Shown piece by piece: positions 26,983 to 35,651 of a stretch of DNA of 64,000 bases; the stretch's first letter is position 1; each line of letters starts with the position of its first letter. The position numbers and the translations under genes were made by a program. The stretch is from assembly GCA_017434845.1 (NCBI GenBank), contig JAFSGD010000017.1, positions 3,121 through 67,120 on the forward strand, read 5' to 3'. This DNA is from Clostridia bacterium (lineage in GTDB: Bacteria > Bacillota > Clostridia > Oscillospirales > CAG-382). The notes below the pieces were generated by a model, which saw only the letters and a program-made list of their open reading frames with translations, had not been told where the DNA came from and did not search any database.

Positions 26983-27989
26983 ATAGCCTTTCTTATCATC
27001 GTTTCGAAATCATCAAGCTTCATCTTTTTGAATTCAAACGAACCGATTTCGTTCACGTAAACGGCGGTTATTTCTTTTCCGTTCAGCTTTTTATCGTGTC
27101 GGCAAGCCGAAATGATGGCCTCGGTATCATCGCATGAAAACGAGCTCGGCAGAGCAAGCTTTTCGAGAACGGGAAGCAAACGCGCCCTCACCGATTCGCT
27201 GCACATGGGAACCATTCCGATCGCAACACATTCGCCGTGATACAGTTTTTTCATTCCGTTTGCGCTTTCTATTGCATGGGCAAGCGTATGACCGAAATTA
27301 AGCACACGGCGCAAGCCGTTTTCGTGCTCGTCGGCTTCCACAACGCTTTTTTTAACGAGCAGCGCACGCTCGATAACCCTATCAAGATCATTCTCGGCGC
27401 TGCCGTTTTCAAAAATTTCAAACAGCGTTTTATCGTTGGTCATAGACATCTTCAATGCCTCGGAAAGACCGTTTGATATTTGACGCTTCGGAAGCGTTTT
27501 GAGGGTTTCGGGGTCGATAACAACGCATTTGGGCGGATAGAACGCGCCGACGATGTTTTTTATTCCCATAAAATCTATTGCCGTTTTTCCGCCGACCGAG
27601 GAATCGACCTGCGAAAGAAGCGTTGTGGGGATATTATAAAAATCTATTCCGCGCATGAAAGCGGAAGCCGCAAAGCCCGAAAGATCGCCGACAACACCGC
27701 CGCCGACCGCAACGACGCAATCGGACCTTGTGAAGCCGTTTTCGACCATTGCACGAAGCAACAGCTCGAAGGTTTGAATATTTTTGCTGTTTTCACCCTG
27801 CTCGAAGCGAACAGTGAACGCCTGAGCGCATTGGTAAGCGACCGTTTCGGCATATTCGGCAGGAACGCCCGAATCGGTTACAACAAGCACCTTTCGGTTA
27901 AGATCGAGATACTCGTTAAGCTTGGAAAGCGAATTTCGCTCGAGAATGATATTATAGCCTCCGACCGAGGTTTTTACGGGTATTATCAT
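26976..27989 (-). CDS. aroB: 3-dehydroquinate synthase
   Basis: AVGGGVVGDLSGFAA, VDSSVGGKT, LNFGHTLAHAIE and HGECVAIG motifs. Confidence 0.9.
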   Translation of the reverse strand: MIIPVKTSVGGYNIILERNSLSKLNEYLDLNRKVLVVTDSGVPAEYAETVAYQCAQAFTVRFEQGENSKNIQTFELLLRAMVENGFTRSDCVVAVGGGVVGDLSGFAASAFMRGIDFYNIPTTLLSQVDSSVGGKTAIDFMGIKNIVGAFYPPKCVVIDPETLKTLPKRQISNGLSEALKMSMTNDKTLFEIFENGSAENDLDRVIERALLVKKSVVEADEHENGLRRVLNFGHTLAHAIESANGMKKLYHGECVAIGMVPMCSESVRARLLPVLEKLALPSSFSCDDTEAIISACRHDKKLNGKEITAVYVNEIGSFEFKKMKLDDFETMIRKAIC

Positions 27990-27998
27990 TGATGCACC

Positions 27999-29087
27999 TT
28001 AAACCTTTTGTTCTTTTTCGTAGCTTGCTATTACCTTTACGTTATTACAGCAGGTTGCGAGCTCGGCAAGCATTGCTCTGCCGCCGACCGAGGCAAGATT
28101 GCCCTCGCCCTCAACGTAGAAATAATAATCCCAGATCAGATCCTTTGTGGGACGGCTCTTTAACGCACGGAGATTGAAGCCGTGCTCGCCGATTACCGAC
28201 ACGGCTCTGCCGAGCGAGCCTGCGGCGTTCTTGACCGTGAAAAGCATTATGAAGCGTTTATCGCCGGGAGTTGGAACGCTTTGCGAGCGCGAGAAGACGG
28301 CAAAACGGGTTGTATTATTGCTTTTTTCGTTGATGTGACCCTCTAATTTAATGAGCCCGAATTTTTCCGCCGCCTCTTCGCTTCCGATTGCGGCAATATC
28401 GGTTCTGCCCGATTCGGCAACCATTTTTGCGGCAACGGCGGTGTTAACCGCCTCGATAGGCTCGAAGCCGTTTTTCTCTATATAGGGCGCGCATTGGCCG
28501 AGCGCCTGAGGATGACTTATAACCTGTTTTATATCGGAAAGCGTTGCGCCCTTTACGGCAAGCAGGTTCTGAACCACCTCTGCTTCGTAAACGCCGCTTA
28601 TGCAAAGGCTTCCGAAGAACGCAAGGTCGAGAACCTTGCCGACATCGCCGTTGGAGCTGTTTTCAACGGGGAGCAAAACGCAATCGCATTCGCCCGAAAC
28701 GACAGATTCGTATGCCGATGCGAAATCGGCATATCCGATGCAAGAGGCATCGGGGAATATTTTTTCGGCGGTTATGTTTGCAAAAGCACCCTCTACACCG
28801 CTGTATGCAACGCGCATTCCGTCGAGCAAGCGATGCTGGAACTGCTTGGATATATCGATAGTGCTGCGAAGGAAATTCACGTAATAGGAGCGGTATTCCT
28901 CATCGGCAACAAGTGAGCTGTTGCGGCGAATTATTGCCTCTTCCCTATCGAAATCGTCTATCGGCAAGCCGTTTTCCTTTTTATAACGGGCAACCATGCG
29001 AACCGCCTCCATTCTTTGTTCAAAGAGGCGCGCCATTTCGCTGTCGGTTTCATTAATTAATAATCTTGCTTGATCGAGCTCTGTCAT
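27999..29087 (-). CDS. pheA: Bifunctional chorismate mutase / prephenate dehydratase with ACT domain
   Basis: N-terminal CM_2 helix (LINETDSEMARLFEQRMEAV). PDT core (VAYSGVEGAF...VENSSNGDV...ISHPQALGQC). Ends NTTRFAVF plus ACT. Confidence 0.9.
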   Translation of the reverse strand: MTELDQARLLINETDSEMARLFEQRMEAVRMVARYKKENGLPIDDFDREEAIIRRNSSLVADEEYRSYYVNFLRSTIDISKQFQHRLLDGMRVAYSGVEGAFANITAEKIFPDASCIGYADFASAYESVVSGECDCVLLPVENSSNGDVGKVLDLAFFGSLCISGVYEAEVVQNLLAVKGATLSDIKQVISHPQALGQCAPYIEKNGFEPIEAVNTAVAAKMVAESGRTDIAAIGSEEAAEKFGLIKLEGHINEKSNNTTRFAVFSRSQSVPTPGDKRFIMLFTVKNAAGSLGRAVSVIGEHGFNLRALKSRPTKDLIWDYYFYVEGEGNLASVGGRAMLAELATCCNNVKVIASYEKEQKV

Positions 29088-29107
29088 TTTTATTCTCCTT
29101 ACTTTTT

Positions 29108-29156
29108 ACAAACAAAAAATCCGCACCCTTATGCTTTTTGAGCATAGCGGAAGCGG
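29108..29156 (-). terminator. Attenuator terminator in the aro operon leader
   Basis: Minus-strand RNA CCGCUUCCGCUAUGCU-caaaa-AGCAUAAGGGUGCGG followed by AUUUUUUGUUUGU. Ends 20 nt before the pheA ATG. Confidence 0.6.
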
Positions 29157-29182
29157 ACTGCAGGTTTGCGTTATGAAAGAGG

Positions 29183-29248
29183 TTATCTTTCAATGAGAGC
29201 AGACGAGCAGTCCTTTTTAAAATAAAAATAATAGCCGAAAAAGAACAT
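29183..29248 (-). CDS. 21-codon Phe/Tyr-rich leader peptide of the aro operon (not in ORF track)
   Basis: ATG at 29248 with GGAG 8 nt upstream. Encodes MFFFGYYFYFKKDCSSALIER*. 8 of codons 2-10 are Phe or Tyr. Lies between the promoter and the attenuator terminator. Confidence 0.6.
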   Translation of the reverse strand: MFFFGYYFYFKKDCSSALIER

Positions 29249-29289
29249 GCCGCTTACTCCTTTGCTTAAGATTTAATCACAACGGAGTT

Positions 29290-29318
29290 ATATTATTCCT
29301 TTTTTAATCATTTGTCAA
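29290..29318 (-). promoter_or_regulatory. Promoter of the aro supraoperon
   Basis: On the minus strand: TTGACA (29318-29313), 17 nt, TAATAT (29295-29290). Confidence 0.6.
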
Positions 29319-29449
29319 GGGGTTTTTGAAATTTTATGCAAATACGGCAATTTAATAACTTATTAACAAGCTGTATATATAGGGCTTGATTTTATGATTA
29401 AAATATATTATAATAAATTGAAAAGATATTGCAACTTTGGGAAAGGTGA

Positions 29450-30820
29450 TTGAATTTGAAAAAAACCTATTCGGAAATTACGCCTTATATAAAAGAGATG
29501 GCGGAGCTTTCAAACAAACACAACGGAATAGAGCCCGAAATGTATGCGCACCACAAGGTCAACCGCGGCCTGCGCGATATGAACGGCAACGGCGTTGTTA
29601 CCGGTCTTACCGAGGTTTCGAAAATCAAAGCCAAGGAGCTTAACGCCGAGGGCGAGTTTGTTCCCTGCGAAGGTCAGCTTTATTTTCGAGGCATTAACGT
29701 GCGTGATCTTGTTGCGGGATTCAGAACCGACGACCGTTTCGGTTTTGAAGAAACGGTTTATCTGCTTCTCTTCTCGGAGCTTCCCAATACCGCGCAGCTT
29801 GAGCGATTCGAAAAGGAGCTTGTAAAATATCGCAGCCTTCCGCCTTCGTTTGTTCGCGATATGATACTTAAAGCGCCCGGAAAGGATATGATGAATATTC
29901 TTTCGCGAAGCGTGCTTGCTCTTTATGCCTATGACGATAATCCCGACGATATTTCCATCGAAAACGTTTTGAGGCAAAGCCTTCAAATGATTGCATGGTT
30001 CCCTCTTCTCGCGGTTTACGGTTATCATTCCTTCAGGCATTATCACAAAAACAAGAGCCTTTACATACACCTGCCGAAGCCTCAGTATTCAACCGCCGAG
30101 AATCTTTTGCATCTGCTTCGCGACGACGGCGCATTTACAGACCTTGAAGCAAAAATTCTCGACCTTGCGTTAGTGCTTCATGCCGAGCACGGCGGCGGCA
30201 ACAACTCGACCTTTACCACACACGTTGTTACTTCTTCGGGAACCGACACCTATTCTTCGGTTGCCGCGGCACTTGGCTCGCTTAAGGGCCCCAGACACGG
30301 CGGCGCCAACATAAAGGTGGTTAAGATGTTTGAGGATATGAAAAAGAGCATCAACACCAAGAAAAAGGGCGAGATAGAGGATTATCTTGTTAAGCTTCTT
30401 AACAAAGAGGCGTTTGACAAGGCCGGTCTTATCTACGGTATGGGCCACGCGGTTTATTCGCTTTCCGACCCAAGATCCGATATTCTCAAAAAATGCGCAA
30501 AGGAGCTTTCGATAGAAAAGGGCAAGCAGGACGAATATGCGCTTTATGAAACGGTTGCCGAGATTGCACCCGCCATTATTGCGGAAAAGCGCAAGATGTA
30601 TAAAGGCGTTAGCGCTAACGTTGACTTTTATTCGGGTCTTATTTATAAGATGCTTGGCCTGCCGAACGAGCTTTACACCCCGATTTTTGCGGTTTCGAGA
30701 ATTGCAGGCTGGTCGGCACACCGAATCGAAGAGATTCAAAACGCCGGCAAGATAATACGTCCCTCTTATATAAGCGTTATCGACGACAGAGAATACGTCA
30801 GAATCGAAGACAGAAAATAA
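29450..30820 (+). CDS. gltA: Citrate synthase
   Basis: LVLHAEHGGGNNSTF, GPRHGGAN and GMGHAVYSLSDPR motifs. The start is uncertain (TTG 29450 or TTG 29456). Confidence 0.88.
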   Translation: MNLKKTYSEITPYIKEMAELSNKHNGIEPEMYAHHKVNRGLRDMNGNGVVTGLTEVSKIKAKELNAEGEFVPCEGQLYFRGINVRDLVAGFRTDDRFGFEETVYLLLFSELPNTAQLERFEKELVKYRSLPPSFVRDMILKAPGKDMMNILSRSVLALYAYDDNPDDISIENVLRQSLQMIAWFPLLAVYGYHSFRHYHKNKSLYIHLPKPQYSTAENLLHLLRDDGAFTDLEAKILDLALVLHAEHGGGNNSTFTTHVVTSSGTDTYSSVAAALGSLKGPRHGGANIKVVKMFEDMKKSINTKKKGEIEDYLVKLLNKEAFDKAGLIYGMGHAVYSLSDPRSDILKKCAKELSIEKGKQDEYALYETVAEIAPAIIAEKRKMYKGVSANVDFYSGLIYKMLGLPNELYTPIFAVSRIAGWSAHRIEEIQNAGKIIRPSYISVIDDREYVRIEDRK

Positions 30821-30828
30821 AAGACAAG

Positions 30829-30858
30829 AAAAAGACCTCTTGACGAGGTCTTTTTCTT
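30829..30858. terminator. Bidirectional terminator
   Basis: AAAGACCTC-ttgac-GAGGTCTTT with flanking A and T runs, between convergent genes. Confidence 0.75.
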
Positions 30859-30884
30859 TAATCAGATATATTATAAAATAACAA

Positions 30885-31160
30885 TTACTGATTCTTCTTC
30901 TTAGCGAAGCAATCGCTGCAGTAAACAGGTCTGTCATCAGAGGGCTGGAAAGGAATCTTAGCCTCGCCGCCGCATTCAGCGCAAACTGCGGTGAACATTT
31001 CTCTGGGAGCTCTGGTAGCCTGCTTTCTTGCATCTCTGCAAGCCTTGCAACGCTGCGGTTCGTTCTGGAAGCCGCGTTCAGCATAGAATTCCTGTTCGCC
31101 GGCAGTGAAAACGAATTCGTTACCGCAGTCTTTGCAGGTTAAAGTCTTGTCTTCGTACAT
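30885..31160 (-). CDS. Zinc-ribbon protein (two CxxC-x17-CxxC units)
   Basis: CKDCGNEFVFTAGEQEFYAERGFQNEPQRCKAC and CAECGGEAKIPFQPSDDRPVYCSDC. RBS GAGGAG. Confidence 0.8.
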   Translation of the reverse strand: MYEDKTLTCKDCGNEFVFTAGEQEFYAERGFQNEPQRCKACRDARKQATRAPREMFTAVCAECGGEAKIPFQPSDDRPVYCSDCFAKKKNQ

Positions 31161-31209
31161 TTGGTGTTCTCCTCTTAAATGTGGTTGTTTTTATTTACCC
31201 TTTGGGTTT

Positions 31210-31809
31210 TTACGTTTTTGAGTTGCAAAAAATATCAGCATTGCCGACAATTTGCTTTAGCTTTGTCCTGATCCTGTATACCGCATTCGATGTGCTTTTA
31301 ACACTTTTGCCCGTTACAAAGGCAATATTCTCATAGGCCATATCCGAAAGATACATATCGAAAACGGTTTTTTCATAAGGCGAAAGCGCCTCATAGACCT
31401 TATCGTAAAGCTGACGGACGCGAACACTGTCGAAGAGGACCTCTTCTGCCGAAGGGGCGGTTTCTTCATCGAGCAAATCGGCTTGAACCGAAACGGTATT
31501 GTTGGTTTGGTTCGCATATTTTCTGACGCCGCTGATAATGCTGTTTCTAACGCAAAGAGAAGCAAATGTTGCGAAGGAAGATGACTTGCCATCATAGCTT
31601 CTGACCGCTTTTAGAAGACCGATCAGCCCCTCTTGAAATAAATCTTCATATAAATAAGAGGGCGGATCATAACGCTTGATATGAAATTCAAGGACACGTT
31701 TATAGGATTCGGCGAGGGTTTCAAACGCACGCTGATCGCCGCTTTTGGCAGAAGCGATGAGCGCTTCTTCGGAATCGGTTATTCCATTGCCCAAAGTTTT
31801 AGCAGGCAC
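31210..31809 (-). CDS. Sigma-70 family RNA polymerase sigma factor (region 2 plus region 4; SigH-like)
   Basis: DLFQEGLIGLLKAVRSYD (region 2) and YENIAFVTGKSVKSTSNAVYRIRTKL (region 4 HTH). Start set to GTG 31809 (GGAGGGG 6 nt upstream); ATG 31851 lacks an RBS. Confidence 0.85.
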   Translation of the reverse strand: MPAKTLGNGITDSEEALIASAKSGDQRAFETLAESYKRVLEFHIKRYDPPSYLYEDLFQEGLIGLLKAVRSYDGKSSSFATFASLCVRNSIISGVRKYANQTNNTVSVQADLLDEETAPSAEEVLFDSVRVRQLYDKVYEALSPYEKTVFDMYLSDMAYENIAFVTGKSVKSTSNAVYRIRTKLKQIVGNADIFCNSKT

Positions 31810-31874
31810 GTTATTCCCCTCCGCAGTGATTAAATGAGACAATACACCCATTCAATTCATGACTACAATATAAT

Positions 31875-31902
31875 ATTATACACAATTTATTGCATTTGTC
31901 AA
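31875..31902 (-). promoter_or_regulatory. Promoter of the sigma-factor gene
   Basis: On the minus strand: TTGACA (31902-31897), 16 nt ending in TGTG, TATAAT (31880-31875). Confidence 0.6.
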
Positions 31903-31947
31903 GTTTTTTTAAAAAATTGTTTGAAATATCATCGTTTTTGACAAAAA

Positions 31948-33060
31948 TCAAACAATCTCGCTTAATCTTTGACGAAGCTGAGGCATTTTCTTTGCGATAT
32001 CTTTAGCCAAAGCGACCTGTGCGCGGGTGCGAACGAGGTTATGCTTGGGCTTTTTGCATTTGAAGTATACGTCGCCGTTGAGATAATCGGTTAAAAATCT
32101 TGCGGCAAGCTCGAGCGTTATCGCAAGAACGCCGTCGGGCAGGGTTTCGAGCTCACGGGCGGTTACCATATCGCGAATTTGAGGAACGAAGCCCTCGGCA
32201 AACGCAGAATAATAATCGAGATCGAGATAGATTTTAGAAAGGTCCTCGTTGTCTTCCCCGCCGGGATTGGCGGCAAAGCGAACGGCATCACCGAAATCGT
32301 AGGCGACAAAACCGGGCATTACCGTATCAAGATCGATAACCGCGAGATGCTCGCCGGTTAACTCATCGAACATTACGTTATTGCATTTTGTATCGTTATG
32401 AACGACTCTTAACGGAATATCGCCGCATTCGTGAAGCACGTTGAAGAGAGAAGCAAAGCTTTCCATCGAGATAAGGTATTCGTATTCCTCCCTGACCTCT
32501 TCGAATCTGCCCGCAACGTTATCGGTTGCAGCCTTATGAAGAGCGGCATAACGTTTTTCGGTATTGTGGAAATCGGGTATTGTTTCATAAAGTTTATCGG
32601 CGGAAAAATCAGAAAGATACTTTTGGAATTCGCCGAAGGCGATGCCCGCGGCATAAAGATGCGGGATATCGCTTTCATTAACGTTTACAGAGCCGTAAAC
32701 GTAGGAAAGAACACGCCAATATTCACCGTTTGGGGTTATATAGAAATAGCTTCCGTCGCTTTTGCGGTAATAGCGCATTACGCGGCGGCGAATATCTTCA
32801 ACACCGTTGGCACGAAGCTTTGCTTCGATATGGTCGGTTACCTTGCAAACATTCTCGGCAATGCGTTCGGGATTGGAAAACACCCTATGGTTAACGCGTT
32901 GAACGATATACTGGCGATTGCAACCCTCGAAATCGGTTGTTGCAAGATAAGTATCGTTTATGTTGCCGGTTCCGATATAAATAATATCGGTTAGGGTACC
33001 CTTTAAATTAAACTCTTCTATTATTTTTTCAAAAACGGGAACAAGCTCGTTACAATTCAA
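31948..33060 (-). CDS. nahK: APH-fold kinase resembling N-acetylhexosamine 1-kinase (NahK)
   Basis: GNINDTYL, IPLRVVHNDTKCNNVMFD, VIDLDTVMPG, YDFGDAVRFAA and KHNLVRTRAQV parallel the Bifidobacterium NahK sequence as I recall it. TTG start 1 nt after the upstream stop. Confidence 0.7.
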   Translation of the reverse strand: MNCNELVPVFEKIIEEFNLKGTLTDIIYIGTGNINDTYLATTDFEGCNRQYIVQRVNHRVFSNPERIAENVCKVTDHIEAKLRANGVEDIRRRVMRYYRKSDGSYFYITPNGEYWRVLSYVYGSVNVNESDIPHLYAAGIAFGEFQKYLSDFSADKLYETIPDFHNTEKRYAALHKAATDNVAGRFEEVREEYEYLISMESFASLFNVLHECGDIPLRVVHNDTKCNNVMFDELTGEHLAVIDLDTVMPGFVAYDFGDAVRFAANPGGEDNEDLSKIYLDLDYYSAFAEGFVPQIRDMVTARELETLPDGVLAITLELAARFLTDYLNGDVYFKCKKPKHNLVRTRAQVALAKDIAKKMPQLRQRLSEIV

Positions 33061-33061
33061 T

Positions 33062-33811
33062 TTATTCAGCCCAATCTATAAAATAATGAGGTTCTTCGCG
33101 GTATTTTTGATCTGCCTTAAGCCACATTGCAGGTGCGGAAACGAGATGGCACTCGGCAGACATTACTTTGCCGATCTTTAGTTCATTTTCGTCCAACAGC
33201 GTTGCAAGGCGCTCATAGCATTGAATAACGCCCTTAAAGCCATGAGCTCGGCAAACGGTTTTATGTTCTTTGCCTTCGCTGTCTTTTATAATATAGGAAG
33301 CATCGTCGCCAAACAGATAATCGGGACAGCTCAGCTCCTCAACAGCGTGCATAGAGGTGTTGGGGCGCATTCCGCAACCGATAAAAAGGATCTTTCCGCC
33401 GAGTTGCATCAAACGGCGGAAGGGCGAATTCTCGCCGCAGGGGGTTTTATCGAGAATATGGCCCGAAACGATATATTCGGCATTTTTGCCTATTGCACAA
33501 CATGAATGGGTCGGGCAGAGGCTTCTTACAACGCCCTTAACCGAGGTTCTGAAGAACTCGGGCAGTGCACCGACGTTCGAAGGAGTGTTATAATAGTCAA
33601 AATTCGGCTTCGAGGGGTTGCAATGCATATAGCTCAGCGCCGGAAACACTAGAGTTCCCTCTTCGCCGAGCACGGAAAGAAGCCCGTTTATAACCTCTTC
33701 GGGCGAAGCACCGCCAAGCGATTTAAGCGAGGAATGAACAAGAACCGTATCGCCCTCTTTTAAACCGAGGCGGGAAAGATCGTTGGCAATCAAGCGTGTG
33801 TTTTCGGTCAT
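33062..33811 (-). CDS. AAC(3)-family (Antibiotic_NAT fold) N-acetyltransferase
   Basis: LGLKEGDTVLVHSSLKSLG, GTLVFPA, CPTHSC and TSMHAVEE fit the AAC(3) family. Start ATG 33811 (GAGGT 5 nt upstream). Confidence 0.78.
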   Translation of the reverse strand: MTENTRLIANDLSRLGLKEGDTVLVHSSLKSLGGASPEEVINGLLSVLGEEGTLVFPALSYMHCNPSKPNFDYYNTPSNVGALPEFFRTSVKGVVRSLCPTHSCCAIGKNAEYIVSGHILDKTPCGENSPFRRLMQLGGKILFIGCGMRPNTSMHAVEELSCPDYLFGDDASYIIKDSEGKEHKTVCRAHGFKGVIQCYERLATLLDENELKIGKVMSAECHLVSAPAMWLKADQKYREEPHYFIDWAE

Positions 33812-33812
33812 T

Positions 33813-35651
33813 TTATACCTCTGTTTTGACAACTGCAACAGTTTTAGGAGACAGTTCCACTAAATTACTATAAACCTTTTTATTGAAAATGTCAACCGCA
33901 GAAAACGGAATCGACACATTATATTGTGTATTCGACATATTCGCCCACATTATAAGGCGTTCGTTTCCGATAATTCGCTCGGCGCAGACAACGCCGTTCG
34001 CAAGCTCTTTAACCGAAAGCTCGCGCGAAGAAAACAGCTTTTCTTCACGGCGGACGCGGTTGACCTCGGCAAAGAATTTTGAATATTCATCGTCAAATCC
34101 GCTTACGGGGAACGGGCGGCGGTTGAAGGGATCGCGATAGCCCTCCATTGCGATCTCGTCGCCGTAATAAATGCAGGGGATTCCCGGCATAAACGCCATG
34201 AGCAGATATGCGTTCTTCAGAAGCTCTTTTGCTCGTTCGCGCTGTTCGCGAGACATTTTTCGGTGGGCAAGCACACTTCCCTCTTCGCCGTAATCGGGAT
34301 CACCGCAGAGCACGGTTGCTATCCTTTCGGTATCGTGAGAGCCCAAAAAGTTCATTAAGCAGGCGAGCTTATGCGGGGGATAGTTGCGATAGAGAGTTGA
34401 AACGGTTTCCGTGAAGAAAGAGGAATCGCCGTTTTTTACGTATTCGATAATAGCGTTGCGAAGCGGATAATCGGTTACCGAATCGAGCTGTTTACCGCGG
34501 AAATACCTTTTTCTTTCATTATATGCTATTTTGTTGGAAGCGTCCTCCCAAACCTCGCCGATTATAAGCGCATCAGGCTTGAAGCGCTTTATTGCCGCAG
34601 CAACGCGGTCGAGAAAATCGGCTTCGAGCTCATCGGCAACGTCCAATCGCCAGCCGTCGATGCCCATTCGCATATATTTGGGAATTACCTTCTCGGTGAT
34701 AAAGCGGATGTAGCTTTCGCAACGGTTGATTCGCGGAAGATTCTTTATGCCCCACCAGCTTTCATAAGCATTGGGATAATCGTTAAAGGTGAACCATTCC
34801 CAATAGGGCGACATTTGGGTCGAGCAAGCGCCGTTGCCGTATTTTCCGTAAGCATCGAAATAGATGCTGTCGTTACCGACATGGTTGAAAACACCGTCAA
34901 GAATGACCTTTATTCCAACTGAATGCGCCTTTTCGATCAGCTCGGCAAGAGCGGCATCGCCGCCGAAGGTTTTATCAACCGAAAGGAAATCGGCCGTATC
35001 GTATTTATGGTTTGAATACGCCTCGAAGATAGGATTAAGGTAGATGCAATTAATGCCGAGCGAAGAAAGATAGGAAAGCCTTTCGACAACGCCGTAAAGC
35101 GTTCCTCCGAAATGGGTGTTATTGGGGTATTCATCGCCCGGATGCTCGGGATATTCGGGAATGCCGTTATCCCATTCTTCACGGTAAACGGCATTAGAGC
35201 GCAACAAAACCTCCCCACCGCGCGAAAAGCGATCGGGAAAGATTTGATACATTGCGCCGCCGATGAGCCATTCGGGGCAATGATACTGCTCGGAATAAAC
35301 GAGGATCTGCGTTTCGTTAACAAAACGGTCTTCGACCGAGCAGGAATAGCCGTTGAAGGCTATATAATAGCGTTTTTCGCCCGAGACAAACTCGAAATGG
35401 GTGAAAAACAAGCCGTCTTGCTCGGTTAATTCCCTTGTGTTAACGGTATATTCGCTCACAAATCCGCTTCCGTAGCAGGAAAATGCGGCTTCCCTCTCGA
35501 TGAGAACGCGTTCATCGTTTCCGATATAATAAAATACCTTATCGCATTCTGCGCCCGACACCGAGAGCTTAACCGTTATTTCACTCCCCGCGGGAAACGC
35601 ATGGCATCCGCGGGGAGCGTTTTTTGACGTTATTGAATATTTGGCGTTCAT
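33813..35651 (-). CDS. GH13 alpha-amylase family enzyme (neopullulanase/cyclomaltodextrinase-like)
   Basis: GH13 regions I-IV: DGVFNH, GWRLDVADE, GEVWED and FLGSHDTER. The ATGA overlaps the glgP stop. Confidence 0.9.
   Translation of the reverse strand: MNAKYSITSKNAPRGCHAFPAGSEITVKLSVSGAECDKVFYYIGNDERVLIEREAAFSCYGSGFVSEYTVNTRELTEQDGLFFTHFEFVSGEKRYYIAFNGYSCSVEDRFVNETQILVYSEQYHCPEWLIGGAMYQIFPDRFSRGGEVLLRSNAVYREEWDNGIPEYPEHPGDEYPNNTHFGGTLYGVVERLSYLSSLGINCIYLNPIFEAYSNHKYDTADFLSVDKTFGGDAALAELIEKAHSVGIKVILDGVFNHVGNDSIYFDAYGKYGNGACSTQMSPYWEWFTFNDYPNAYESWWGIKNLPRINRCESYIRFITEKVIPKYMRMGIDGWRLDVADELEADFLDRVAAAIKRFKPDALIIGEVWEDASNKIAYNERKRYFRGKQLDSVTDYPLRNAIIEYVKNGDSSFFTETVSTLYRNYPPHKLACLMNFLGSHDTERIATVLCGDPDYGEEGSVLAHRKMSREQRERAKELLKNAYLLMAFMPGIPCIYYGDEIAMEGYRDPFNRRPFPVSGFDDEYSKFFAEVNRVRREEKLFSSRELSVKELANGVVCAERIIGNERLIMWANMSNTQYNVSIPFSAVDIFNKKVYSNLVELSPKTVAVVKTEV

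Noticed and set aside
29100-29290. T-box riboswitch upstream of pheA
   Set aside because: It was expected for a Firmicute aro operon. The leader lacks the conserved T-box sequence (AGGGUGGNACCGCG; only AAGGGUGCGG is present) and lacks recognisable stem I, AG-bay and distal-loop motifs. At ~170 nt it is short, and it contains an F/Y-rich mini-ORF instead.
30170-31084. 304-aa minus-strand ORF
   Set aside because: It is antisense to citrate synthase and runs across the bidirectional terminator into the zinc-ribbon gene in a different frame. It has no motifs.
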